The notes beneath the pieces were generated by a model. That model saw only the letters and a list, made by a program, of their open reading frames with translations. It ran no database searches and was not told the origin of the DNA. From Octopus sinensis (lineage: Eukaryota): a stretch of DNA of 64,000 nucleotides. A program made the translations under genes and the position numbers. Of the stretch, positions 1 to 12,699 are shown one piece after another. How positions within the stretch are numbered: the first letter of the stretch is position 1; every line of letters begins with the position of its first letter. The stretch is taken from contig NC_043003.1 in the NCBI RefSeq assembly GCF_006345805.1, forward strand, positions 87,296,001 to 87,360,000, in the 5' to 3' direction.

Positions 1-118
1 CCCCGGTCGAAACCGTCCAACCCGTGCTAGCGCGGAAAACGGACGTAAAACGATGATGATGATGATGATGATACATACACATATGTATATATATACATAT
101 ATATATATACATACACAG

Positions 119-175
<57 letters not shown>

Positions 176-871
176 TATATATATATATATATATATACAA
201 CTTATAAACAAGGGCAAAAGAAAATTATTTCTATGCCATATGCTGATAATAGACTTTTAAATCGTCAATTTCCACATATTATTATGTGGAAGTACGTTGT
301 GCTGAAATCGAGGAAAGCTTACCCAACAGAATTTTTTTAAAAGTTCGTTATCTCTATATTGAGATCTCATAATTTATATAGATTTATATATATATATATA
401 CATATATATGATGGGTTCTTTCAGTTTCTGTCTACCAAAACCACTCTCATGGGTTTAGTTGGCCTCAGGCTATGATAGAAAACACTTGCCCAATGAGCCA
501 AGTTGTGAGACTGAACCAAGAACCGTGTGGTTAAGAAGCAAGTTGAGGTGGTGCAGATATAAGAGTGTAGGGAAATGATACTCAGTAATCCTTTTGATAT
601 CATGATTTTTTTGAAACACACACAAACTTTTTCCTTAATTTTTTACTTGCTTTAGTTATTAGCCTGCAGTCATGCTGGGGCATCACCTTGAAGAATTTTA
701 ATTAAATAAATTGATCCCAGTAGTTAATTGTTTTGTAAGCCTTGTACTTATTCTATCAATCTCCCATTCAAAACCACTAAACAACCTAATACCTGTTGTC
801 AAATAGCGTAGGGGATAAACACGGACACACACCTATATCTGTCTATCTATTTATCTATCTATCTATCTATC

Positions 872-938
<67 letters not shown>

Positions 939-1551
939 AAGGGTTTCTTTCAGTTTCTGTCAACCAAATCCATTCACAATGCTTTGGTTGGCCTGAGGCT
1001 TTAGCAGAAAACACTGCCATGTAGTAGGATTGAACCTGGAACCATGTGGTTGAGAAGCAAGCTTCTTACCATATAGCCATGCCTGAAAATAATGAAGAAT
1101 TTAGTAAAAATAATTTATCATTAATAAGCTAGTGTCTGGAATATAAACCACCATGAAATTTTGATAAAAGGTTTCCATTTAACCTTTAGCACACTGCATT
1201 TTTTTCCAGAATTGTTTCCCCTGCCATAGCCCTGTTACAAGAGGAGAGAAAACTCATACAGTGATATAGTGCACCTACAGTATGCTAAAGATTAAGTCAC
1301 TTTAAAATAGGAAGTTTTCCTCAGAGGACTTGGGGGTGGTGTCAGAGAGAATGATATCAAGTGTGTTAAATGTCTAGTTCTATGGTGATTCAAATTACAA
1401 ATAAGTCTTCTTTACCATTTTTTCTTTTTCTTTTTTGCTTCCATGACTCATTCTTCTAGGACTTCCACAATGAATCCTTTCGTTTACCTTTTACTTCTTT
1501 CAGGCATTGGACTGCAACTATGCTTGGGCACCACCTTGAAAATTTTCAGTA

Positions 1552-2296
1552 CTTCTTCTTGCTGGGGACTTTTGTCAAATCCTTCCTATTATCCCAAAAA
1601 GCACACCAGCTGATGAATTAAATGCTTGCCTTAAAATTCTCAACTTTGGCACTCTGTCCAGTCAAGAATATTAATCATAAACATGCGTTCCATTCTCCAC
1701 CAACAAGATGATGACAATTCCTTTGCTCCAAAGTTATTGGGTGTCGGGAATGGAAGCTTACCACTCGGCATAAATGGTTTGGCTGACATAAGCACCATTG
1801 GTAACTACATCTCCAGCCCTGAGGAGCTATGCAGTTTACCCCAACCTCTCTACCAATTACATAATTCATGAATGGATGTGTGAAAGAGCCATCTTAGCTC
1901 CAACAAATTCCACCATTCAAGCCCTAAACACATGTCTGCTTTGTCAACTTCCTGACCAAGAGTGATGCTATGTTTTGGTTGATTCAGTTACTGATCCAAC
2001 ACATGTAATGTTTTTCCCAACAGAGCTTTTAAACTCACAAGAATCATAGGGATTGCCACTGCATAAACTTAGCCTTAAACTTGGTTGTCCCATTATACTC
2101 TTGAGGAATTTGGAGCCTCCTCGGCTTTGCAATGGCATATGTTTGACTGTTAAGCAAATATTTGATAATGTTCTCGAAGCCACAATCATCACAGGAAAAT
2201 GCACTGGCGAGTCTGCTTTTATTCCCTGAGATCTACTTTTGACTGTGTCTTTGCTATGAAAAGAGTCCACTTCCCCATTCAATTAAGCTTTGCTAT
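1552..2296 (+). pseudogene. Decayed Helitron-type PIF1 helicase, 5' part
   Basis: Translates to LLLAGDFCQILPIIP, ADELNACLK, WMCERAILAPTN, FPTELLNS..GLPLHKLSLKLGCPIILLRNLEPPRLCNG, FPIQLSFA, with stops and frameshifts. Confidence 0.88.
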
Positions 2297-3333
2297 TGTA
2301 GCGTAACTGATATCTCACTGTTTGAGAGACATATTAGAAATAATCATGTGGTAAATAACAACCATCTTTGGCTAGTTTGACCCTGTTGTGTCCACTGCTC
2401 TGATTGGTTGGCATTGGTGCAGTTTGTCTGTCGACTAATTTCATGCCAGTGTGTAAGCCAACCAATCATGGCCTTCAGATAAGCTGCTTTATTTGAGCCA
2501 CCTTAACCCTATAAAAAGGTGGGATCGACAGAATATTATTCGTCTTTGGCTCTAGACCTTCTAAGGTCTAGTCACTAACCACTGAGCACTCAACCATGTT
2601 CCAGCAACACTGGTCATAGGGTTCCAGTCCCTTTCAGGACTAACCTCTGACCACCAAGCGACTCAGCCATGTTCCAATTGACCAGTCAGCCAACCATGTT
2701 CCTGATCCAGCCATGACAACACTAATATACACCAGCAGCGTAGGACGTCTCCACCATCGTCAACTTCAAATATGTACACTGCACTCGCTCAGGTTTAAAC
2801 TCCGTGCTATTGTGAATATTTCACCAAGGTAAACAGTTCCAGTCTACCTGAAAGAACCTCCTGTATCAAGAGACTCGGTACAGCATTGAAACCACAACCG
2901 CTACATGACATGTATTCAACCAGTCTTCTGCCTTGTGACCCCAAAATCTTGTTACAGAACTATTGCTATTGTGAACCTCACTTACGAACTGGTAAACTAA
3001 TTCCATCTTAACTCAATATGCTGATCTTATGCTCTGTATTCTGTTTTATACACATACACCTTCTGTTGCACACACAAACACACAGACACAAACACTTGTC
3101 GCATGCACACAGACACTCCACTTTGCTAGCACTCACACACTCTCTCTCTATACATATCTGTAAATAAAGTCTTCTTCTCTCAAACAGTAGAACTGTTGTC
3201 ATCCCTCATTCATTCCTTTTGGCACTGTATTTTATATCATGTATTTGGCTTCTTATTTTGTTAGGGGCGACCCTGTAGCATTTTAAAGGAGCCATTTGTC
3301 ACCAACTCCTTACGTATGGTCGTATCCCCTACA
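2297..3333 (+). mobile_element. Solo LTR (~1.04 kb) inserted in the helicase
   Basis: TGTAG...CTACA termini, 4-bp TSD CTAT (2293-2296, 3334-3337), TATAAAA at 2510, AATAAA at 3163. Confidence 0.85.
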
Positions 3334-3505
3334 CTATGACCATTAACAAAACTCAAGGTCAGTGGTTGGGCTGGACCTCAATACAACTTGCTTTTCGCAT
3401 GGACAGCTGTACATGGGGTATTCCAGAGTTGGAAACTCGGCCAATCTCTTCTACAATGCTCCTGAAAGATTGACAAAAAACGTGGTTTACAAGGCAGCCC
3501 TCTAA
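3334..3505 (+). pseudogene. Decayed PIF1 helicase, 3' part
   Basis: MTINKTQGQ..VGLDLNTTCFSHGQLYMGYSRV...KNVVYKAAL* continues the motif series interrupted at 2296. Confidence 0.88.
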
Positions 3506-4000
3506 TAGATTTTCAGTTGATTTGAAATCCTCTTCAGGTTGGCCTTTATTGTGCTTATTTACTCCTCACAGTAGGTTAAGTTAATCTTCCAACAAATGCC
3601 TGTTGCTAAAATCAAGCAGTTTTTCATTTCAATGCACAGCTTCCCAGATGCCTCAGATAATTTCATATTGCAATCAAATATATTTCTTACAGATTGCCTT
3701 CATGTCTATAGAAATGTCATGTATGCTTTTTGTAGTGATTCTTCAGCCATCCTGTCAACTAAACAGCATTCCAAATGATAATTTTCCATATTTTCACATT
3801 TTGATATCCGATATCTGCAAATACAACATGTTCCTTTTTGAATACCACTTATTTTTAATTTAATGTCTCAACTATGTCAAATAATTCTCAATTTTAAGCA
3901 TAGACAGAGGTGGAAATTACACTATTTTAGACTCCAGTTCTATCACAAACTTACGCTGTCCAATGAACAGTGGGTGTTTGCTAGTAATTATATATATATA

Positions 4001-4045
<45 letters not shown>

Positions 4046-4054
4046 TTATATATA

Positions 4055-4446
4055 GGAAAAATTCAATTGTCACTAAGTGTGACTTAGAATGCCAAAGCAC
4101 TTACATTGCTAGAAATAGAAATTAAAAATACTCTTAATGCTGTAGGAAGAGCACAAAATGTATGCATGTTAGCATATGTGTATACATTTTGTGCTCTTCC
4201 TACATTTTGTGCTCTTCTTATTTCTAGCAATGTAGGTACTTCACCATTCTTAGTCACACTTAGTGATGACTGAATTTTCCTTTATGGTATCACATTGTGC
4301 CTAGCAGTTTATATATATATATATTATATTAAATTAGAGACAAAACCACTATTAGGCAAATCAAACAATGAAAAACTTAAGCCAATACATAAGTTTTTCA
4401 TTGTTTGATTTGCCTAATAGTGGTTTTGTCTCTAATTTAATATAAT
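4055..4446. repeat. Two adjacent fold-back palindromes
   Basis: 4055-4280 imperfect arms; 4323-4379 / 4390-4446 perfect 57-bp arms with a 10-nt loop. Confidence 0.88.
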
Positions 4447-4744
4447 ATAATATTTTACTATAAAATTGGATTCAATCCTAAATCTGATTTTTCCCTGTAA
4501 GTTTGGATTTATTCCCTAATATTTATTATTAATATATATATATATATATATAGAATAATTTGTCATTATTAAGCTGGTGTTTGGAATTGAATTTTGCATA
4601 AAATTTTGTTGGAAGGTTTTAATTTAGATAACTTTAAACTAGGAAGTAATCTTGGGCAGGTTGGTATCAAAGGGTTAAGACAGAACTGCCACATACAAAG
4701 TGGGAAAAAATTGGGAGTTCATGGTTGCAAAATAGACTTCTTAA

Positions 4745-4964
4745 CCCTTTTGTTACCAACCCGGCTGAAACCGGCTCTGACTCTGAGTACAAATGTCTTG
4801 TTTTTATAAGTTTCGAATTAAAATGTTCCACCAAACCTTAGTCACAATTTATGTTCCTAACACTAGCTTAACGATAACTAAGTTATTTTATTAAATTCTT
4901 TGTTACATTCAAAGTAATTGAAAGAAATACAGAGCATCTCAAAATATATACCGTAATGAAAGGG
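4745..4964. mobile_element. piggyBac-like MITE (TTAA TSD)
   Basis: TTAA|CCCTTT...AAAGGG|TTAA; second copy at 63443-63663. Confidence 0.75.
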
Positions 4965-6331
4965 TTAAGCATGCAGTCATTTGAACTCCTTACGTGGTGG
5001 AATTTTACACTTTTTATTATTCAGATTACTCTGTCACATGTAATGCTCATTCATCCACATTGTTTGAATTACTCATGCATTATCTTGTAGCTTCAAGATT
5101 TCACTAATGTGATTATCTATACTTGAAAGGTAGGTGTGTGAAGCCGGATCTGTCTGTTGCAACGTAAAACAGGTAGAACATTTGGGTTGGATATTTCCAG
5201 TTTAAACGCTATCTGGATTGGTTTATTTTTCTGCTTTATTATAAGCCAGCAGGGTGGGGGGGTTATTGTTTTTTTACTACAGAATATCCTTGTTGCTGCT
5301 AACCATTCAACCATGAAGAAGGAGTGTTACATACCTTTTGTCAGTCAGACAAATTAGGTTAGTTATGTTTATTATTAACTCCAGATCAACTTTGACCTAA
5401 GATCAAACACTCTCCAGTTTTCTTTTCAGTGTGTCAAAATCCACATAATCCCATGTGCCCTTTGTACTTTGAGACAGTAAGCGGGTGGGTGCCGAAGAAG
5501 ATTTGGCTGCTATTTTTAGCAGGTCCAGTAACTACATAGCTCAGTCAAGTTTATGTCTCCAGGTGTATAGCAGCACAACAACTGCAGTAGGATTGTCATG
5601 TTAACTACAGTAACTCCATTGTTGTAAATTCAAATCTACAAGGACTTCCTTGTATTTGAGAGTAGATCATCACAATTTACTTTACCTCACACCACCTAGA
5701 TCAGTCACAGGCCGCTCAAGAGACTCTGACTAGCACAGCTAATACAAAATTACCCTTTTTTTTTCTAGTGTAGTACCACCTGCTTCTCAAAAATAGTTGC
5801 TTGTACTTGATTTTAAATATTAGGTAACAGGCTTTTAAGAAAAAAAATCCTTACAATTGATGGCATGCTATCCAAGGTTAGATTCATCTTTTATCAACAT
5901 TACTCCAGAGATCAGTGTTGAGCACCAACCCAACAGATCATTTCTGATTTGACAAAGAAGTCACTAATTACTTTATTTATTAATTTCCCATAATCCATCG
6001 CTGTTTTGGGGCATTTCAATCTTTTTTTTTTTTTTTTTTTTGTTAAGGCATTGGACTGGGGCCATTCTGAGGCACTACCTTGAAGGGTTTAATTGAACAA
6101 GCTAACCTCGGTACTTATTTTTTTTTAAACTGTTACTTATTCTGTCAGTCTCTTGGGCCGAAACTCTAAGTTACAGGGATGTAAACAAACCAGCACCAAC
6201 CATCAAGAGTTGTGGAGGGGAACAAATACAAACGCAAAGGCATACACATATGCACATGTGTGTGTGTGTATGTGTGTGTGCGTGCACGTGTGTGTGTGCA
6301 CATGTGTGTGCGTGTGTGTGTGTGTGTGTGT

Positions 6332-6367
<36 letters not shown>

Positions 6368-6499
6368 CGTGTGTCTTTCTTCCTTCCAGAGATTTGAGGT
6401 AACACCTCAATTATAAAGTTTGAAGCTAAGTCATTACACCTAAGTGAATATAACATGCTAGCTTGTACCAAACTTTGCTTTCAGTTGCCTTCAGTACCT

Positions 6500-6850
6500 A
6501 CGTAAAGGAGTAAGGAGTAAAGATACCCTTTGGTCACAAATAATCATGGGATTGCACCTAAAAAGGTCCCCTCCTAGGCACAAGTCTGGGCAAAGTTGTT
6601 TGTGGAAGACCAACAGCCGCCCATGCATATCAGCCTTCCCTCTCTATGCCACCAGTTATCCAAGAGAAATGCAAAGGCTGATACAGCTTGGCACCAGTGA
6701 CACCACAACTCATTTCTACAGTTGAGTGAACTGGAGCAACATGAAATAAAGTGTCTTGCTCAAGAACACAACACACAGCCTGGTCCGGGAATCGAACTCA
6801 CAACCTCATAATCATAAGCTCAACACTCTAACCACTGAGCCATGCACTTT
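6500..6850 (-). mobile_element. tRNA-derived SINE family D
   Basis: On the - strand: tggctcagtggttag head and gagttcgattcc B box; second copy at ~45555-45885. Confidence 0.72.
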
Positions 6851-8218
6851 CACTCTAACTACTGAGCCATGCAGGCAATTATAGATACTCTCTCAGCGCT
6901 CCCACTCTTTAAATGCCATCAAGTCCCAAATCTTTATGAAACAGGCAGAGGTGGGTCACCTTTTGGACTCCTTGCTGTTAGACACATGCACAGGCTTTTT
7001 TTCAGATATCCAAACCTAGTAAACAATCATCTTTAGAGATTGGCAATAATAATTAGCTGGAGGAGTCAGTCAGTTAATAGTTAATTAGCATTGATAATTT
7101 GTAATGACACAAAGAAAGCATTAACTACACTAAGTTGTTCCAGTTTACCAAACCCAAACCCATATGAGTATAGTGCATAAATACAATACATGAATGTTCT
7201 AAATCTGTGGTTCTCAGCCACATTTTGTCTGTGGACCCCTTTGATTCCTGTTTTACATTACTGGATCACCATAGCCATTCAATGTATGTAAAAAATTCCT
7301 ACTGTATTTGTATTCCAATTTCGTCGCCCTTTTCAAGTCTAGCCAGGCACATGGGCCCGGTTTCCCGGTTTCTGTGGCGTATGTGTTCCCCCCAGCTGGA
7401 TGGGATGCCAGTCCATCGCAGCGTTACTCAAGAAACAGGAAGACAGAGTGAGAAAAAGTTGTGGCGAAAGAGTACAGCAGGGTTCGCCACCACCCCCTGC
7501 CGGGGCCTCGTGGAGCTTTTAGGTGTTTTTGCTCAGTAAACACACACAACACCCAGTCTGGGAATCGAAACTTTGAACATTAGGCCACATACCTTCACAT
7601 GTACAGACATTACCTTTTTCACTGATATTTTATTCTTAGGCCTCCTAAGAGCCAAGCAAATTGTGCAAATGGCGTTAACAGCAAAATGTAAACATATTAC
7701 TTTAACCCTGACTACAAAACTTATGAATATTGCAAAAACTAGGAAGTGATACATTGATAAGAACCCAAGATGCAGAACATTATATAATATTCCTCATCAT
7801 TATCATCGGCAGCAGCAGCAGCAGCAGTAGTTTTTGTTGTTTTGAGTTTGGTGCAAAACACACCTTAAGAATTAATCTGTGAAAGGGACCCTTAAGCCCC
7901 TCTTTCTTCTTTCCAGAGACTCAAGGCAGCACCTTGGGCAATAGAGGTTGCCAGTTATAAAACTTAAAGCTAAGCCATTACTCACAAGTGGGTATTGACC
8001 CGGTGGCTTGTACCAAACTAGCTGTTTCAGGTGCTAATGTGGCTGCAAACAGACATAGATACTCTGTCAGCCTTCCCACACTTTTCATACTGTCATTGGT
8101 TGGACAGTTCAGCAGGATTCAAGAAATTAGGAGACACTGTCAAGCTCCAGTGTCTGCTTTGACATGGCTTCTACAGCCGAATGCCTTTATTAATACCAAT
8201 CAGCTTTTTTATGGACAA

Positions 8219-8520
8219 CTAGCAGTATTGTCCGGCGTTGCTCGGGTTTGTAAGGGAAATAACTATATAAGCATTTTCAGAGAGTTACTTCCCTTATATA
8301 AACCGAGCAAAAAATCATTAAAAATGCGGAAAAATGATGGTAAATTTTTTTAAATCGTAGACTCATCGTAGACGTGCGCTAATACCCAGAAGGGCTCGAT
8401 ATGAATCACGACTATAAGATACCCACTTTTGGTTAAACTGCACTGCAAAATGTGGGAGTAGTTAGGAATCTAAATTGGAGTAGACAGGCACACACACAAC
8501 TTCATTTTTATATATAAAGA
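8219..8520 (-). mobile_element. Non-autonomous Helitron
   Basis: On the - strand: A|TC start, subterminal hairpin cccgagcaacgccgg, CTAG|T end. Confidence 0.75.
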
Positions 8521-9080
8521 TATGCAAATTCAGTCAGTAACAATATCATCAGAGCAATTTAATAGTGTATATTAAGCAAGTCTTCTCTGGAAATGCTTGC
8601 CTCATAAAATTTTAGCTACAGGTACTAAACATTTACCATTTCACACCAATTAACAAATGTATTCTATTGGGAACTGACTATACTGCAGGGCTTCAGCAAG
8701 AGAATTTTATATTTAAGCTACTAGCAGTGAATCTGTCCATTATAAGAGGAGTTCATATTAAAGTCTAATTATATGAAGCAGTTAACACTATATTATTTTA
8801 TTATTTGTACCTAAAGTTTTTACTGGTTCAGATAGTCTCTTACTCTTAACTAGTCACCTGCAGGCCAGATTAAAGAGATTCAACTTATACAGAATCTAAT
8901 ATTTACCAGACCTCTTATTCAGCTTTCAGAAATCCAGAAATACTGTGCAATTATCGTACAATACACTGTACCCTGCTTATAAAATTGGTTAATTTGTATG
9001 TGGTATGTTACAAGCAGTTTTGTTTTTAAGTGGATTGATAAAGATTAAAGATACTCTGCTTTAGAAGTAATATTAATTTG

Positions 9081-9495
9081 GGATCTTTTCGGTTTGAACG
9101 GCAGTTTTTTCTAGTGGTATCATATGAAATTGTCACCCATAATTATGACCCTAGTATCGATCTATTGCATTTCAATCTCTTTTAGGGTTAGGGTTAGGTG
9201 TGGGGGGAAGAGTATCTTTTTTTCTTCACAAATGTAAATAAACCCAATCTGTTTCTTAAACGAGGGACATATTCATACGGCACAGAATGTTTTTTTACCT
9301 CAATAGACGTCAGTGATTGGCTGAAATTGCAGAAATTGAAGAAAAAAAACAAATATGTTACAAACTGTAGAATTTTCTCAATAAAGCCAAGAGAAAAAGA
9401 TGTTTTATAAACACATTCTACCAGCATACGAAGTTTAAAATTTTTTAGTTACCTAGAAATTATGTTAAAAACTGCCGTTCAAACCGAAAAGATCC
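9081..9495. mobile_element. MITE with GG-ended ~29-bp TIR and 8-bp TSD (Merlin-like), copy 1
   Basis: TIR GGATCTTTTCGGTTTGAACGGCAGTTTTT; TSD TTAATTTG on both sides. Confidence 0.85.
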
Positions 9496-9624
9496 TTAAT
9501 TTGTACTGGCATCAGCTAAATACAATCATGTTCTTTATTTTTCTTCATTTAATATTCATCTTATAAACATTACATTGAATACATGGTACAGTATGTTATA
9601 TTTTAAGAATTTTAAGTGGCTTAA

Positions 9625-9844
9625 CCCTTTAGCATTTAAACCGGCCACATCCAGCCAAAAATATTCTACCTGTTTTATGTTCAAACTGGCCAGATCTGGT
9701 CTCTCACACCAACCCTACAATATTGTTTAAAAAATTAACAGCTACCTTATCAAATTCTCATAGTTACAAGATAATGCATGATTAGTTCAAAACAATGTAG
9801 ATGAGAAGCATTAATTTTGGTAGAATAATGCGAACACTAAAGGG
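9625..9844. mobile_element. Second TTAA-flanked MITE family
   Basis: TTAA|CCCTTT...TAAAGGG|TTAA; degenerate relatives near 5020, 21950-22170, 23250-23450, 28430-28590, 61070-61200. Confidence 0.68.
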
Positions 9845-11469
9845 TTAATTAATATCAAACAGATCCTGCTTCAGAAATGTATTAATTTGAATTTGTTAGA
9901 TGTGATTTAGTTCTTTACTTTTAGTAGTTTATTTTATATTCTAAGTATATATTTAGCTGTGTCCATAAAACTGGAATATCCAGATATCTGGTTGTTTTAT
10001 GTCCAGTCCCCAGCTTGCCAAATGATTGGTCTGGTACAGTACTTGTAGCAACAGTGTCAGCAGTAGGAATCTTAAGTGAAAGTACATATCTCTATGAACA
10101 GTGTACAACTTCCTGAACTAAATTATATTATACCTGCTTGTCAGGTATGAACATGACTTTATTAATGAAATCATTAGATTAAGTAAGTATTTAACAAGGA
10201 AGATGACGAAATATGATTCTAAAGTAGTTTGGAAATGGGTAGTTTATTATTAGCTACTCTAAGATGCCTGAAGTACATTCACAAAACGAATAAAGCTCAA
10301 TTTAGCTACTCATTTAGATTTGTCACGTATTCATGAAACTTAAATTCATCAAAAACTATGAAGAGCACTTCACATCTTTCTAGTTACTCAACACGCATCA
10401 CATGGACAACTTCACTAAGTAAATAGTAAATTTCGTTAGTATGAAAATAGGTAAACGTTATTTTACTATATTGTGCCTACAGGGTGCCCTCTCTTCAAAT
10501 TGATCTCATGAGATTTTTCCTACAACTAAATTATCATGCAATTAGCGATTTTTATGAAGACTTTGGATTGTACTTTGGTAACCACGAATTGTATACACAC
10601 GTCCGCTAGATACCAATTTTTAGAACTTTTCTAACCGTATCAACGTCTGATTAGCTAAAGTAACTAGGAGTTACGACATCCTAATTCTTCCAAATGGCTT
10701 TAGCAGAATAAGGAAGGATAATTTGTTATAACTACGAGACGGTATCTATTCGTTATCTTTCGTGAGTTCGAAGACATTTTCTTCCAAGACGTCATCACAC
10801 GCGCATACACACACAAATTTTGTTTTATTTTTCATAAAGTTCAAAGCCGCCTGGAGATAAATGTTAAATTAAAAGTTTTAACATTTGGCACAGAGCACTG
10901 TCTAGCATATTCGTCCCAGCATTTCGATATTTTTTTATTTATTAATGAAAGCTGTTTTCTAATATTTTGTTATATAAAAAAAAGTATACTCGCAATTTTC
11001 TTTTTTTAGATTTAAGTTAATACGTTAAGATTAACCAAAATATTTTGGAGATATTTAGATTTCAGCTTTTTGGCGTGAAGCTAACAATTTCTCACTTGGT
11101 TTTCCATGAAAGAGTTCTATTTAAATTAAAATTTTATTTTAGGGTATCCTATTACAAAATTTAATAATGAAATTCGATTGATGAAAATAGGTTATTCTTA
11201 CAAAAGCACGAAAAGCGGTAATTTTTTTTTTAAGTGGGGAATTAGATGTGGGAAGTGGGACAATTATTCGTTTCTTTAAGATATTTTAAATAAAGGCTGA
11301 AGCTTTTAGTTTCTTTATCCAATTTACTTTTAACATCGTTGATCGAACATCTAGTAGAGGAAGACAGAAAAAAAGCTGGTTTTAGGGATTAAAACAAAAT
11401 TATAATGTTAGTTTTTAAAAAAACAACAGGATTAATAAATCGATCGCAACCAGAAAATAAATTGATTCG

Positions 11470-11927
11470 CAAAGAAATAGCCGGAACGAGCGGAAGGTCG
11501 TGAACCGGAAGTAGTTAATACTTTTCTGAACACGCGAATATACAGACTTTTTTTTCCTTTCGACAGTTTATGTACTTGTTCAACACATAGAGAGAGACAG
11601 AAAGGGAGAGAGAGAGACAGAAAGCAAGAGAGAGAGAAAGAAGGAAAGAGAGAGAGAAAGAAAGAGAGAGAAAGAGTGTACGTGTGTGTGGTATATAAAT
11701 ATATAAATAAATATATATATATATACACACAGACGTGCATATCACATGCACATATACACATAGCACCTACATACACACCCCCATATATATATATATATAA
11801 TATATATACATACACACGCACGCACACGCATACACACACACATACATACTCGCGATATATATACGTGGCAGTGGCCTGTCTTGTCAATAATCAGTGTTTT
11901 CTTGTACGTGTCGGAAGATAATCTAAT
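11470..11927 (+). promoter_or_regulatory. Probable TATA-less GFAT promoter / 5' UTR
   Basis: Three clustered CGGAA ETS-type cores (ccggaac, gcggaag, ccggaagt) in a CpG-richer, TE-free stretch just upstream of the ATG; (GA)n/(TA)n/(CA)n tracts follow; TSS not determinable. Confidence 0.55.
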
Positions 11928-11934
11928 ATGTGTG
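11928..11934 (+). CDS. GFPT: GFAT coding exon 1 (ATG TGT G; Met-Cys1 catalytic nucleophile)
   Basis: ATGTGTG|GTAAGT with a consensus donor; joins in phase 1 to exon 2 to give MCGIFAYLN, the Ntn-glutaminase N-terminus. Confidence 0.9.
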
Positions 11935-12699
11935 GTAAGTAAGCATTTAATTTTTACTTCGTCCTGCTTATTGCTTTTGTGCGTAAAAAACATAATTATT
12001 AAGGAACATTTAAATGTCGGAGTAATTTCTTCTTGATTTGGATTATTTTTTTTCATTTATTTATCAGTTGACAATATACATTTGGCATGTATATATTGTA
12101 ACGTATGTATAATGCTAATTTCATGTAATAAATATATTAGCATTTAATTGCATGGTAAGCTGGGTTTTTTTTTTATCAAGCTGGATTGTCTTTTTGGGGT
12201 GTTTTTTTTGTACAAGTGTGCCGAAGAGTATACTCTTCATCAGTTTTATAAATTTAATAAAATTCACTTGGATCCCTAGATTCAATTAAATATTTGATTT
12301 ATAGATTGCGATAATTATTACAATCACTATTTTTTTGCTTTAACTTCTTTTTTTTTACTTATTATCACAGTTTATTTACTGGATTCATTGTTTTTGATTT
12401 AATTAAAAAAAAATCTCCAATTGAAATATTATCAACTTTCTGAAATTTACTATAATTCTAGCTTAAAGTTCTAGTAATAGGATTTCGTTTCTTAAACCAT
12501 CCGACACCACTTTCATCTCTTGTACCGGTAATATATCAGGTAGTTTGTTCGTTCTGAGATGTTATTTACACAAAGAACCTTGTGTGTATAATAAAACAAA
12601 ACCTTATCCAGAGTCAGCAACATGCTTATCGCATCGTTACTATGATACGAACATTGGTAGCATCCGATAAAAATCTATAATTCGGATAGATTATAATTA

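Noticed and set aside
7640-7749. Acceptor-preceded 36-codon open frame (GLLRAKQIVQMAL...)
   Set aside because: No recognisable homology or linkable upstream exons
9181-9198. TTAGGG telomeric repeats
   Set aside because: Only 2-3 units, inside a MITE; not a telomere or interstitial telomeric array
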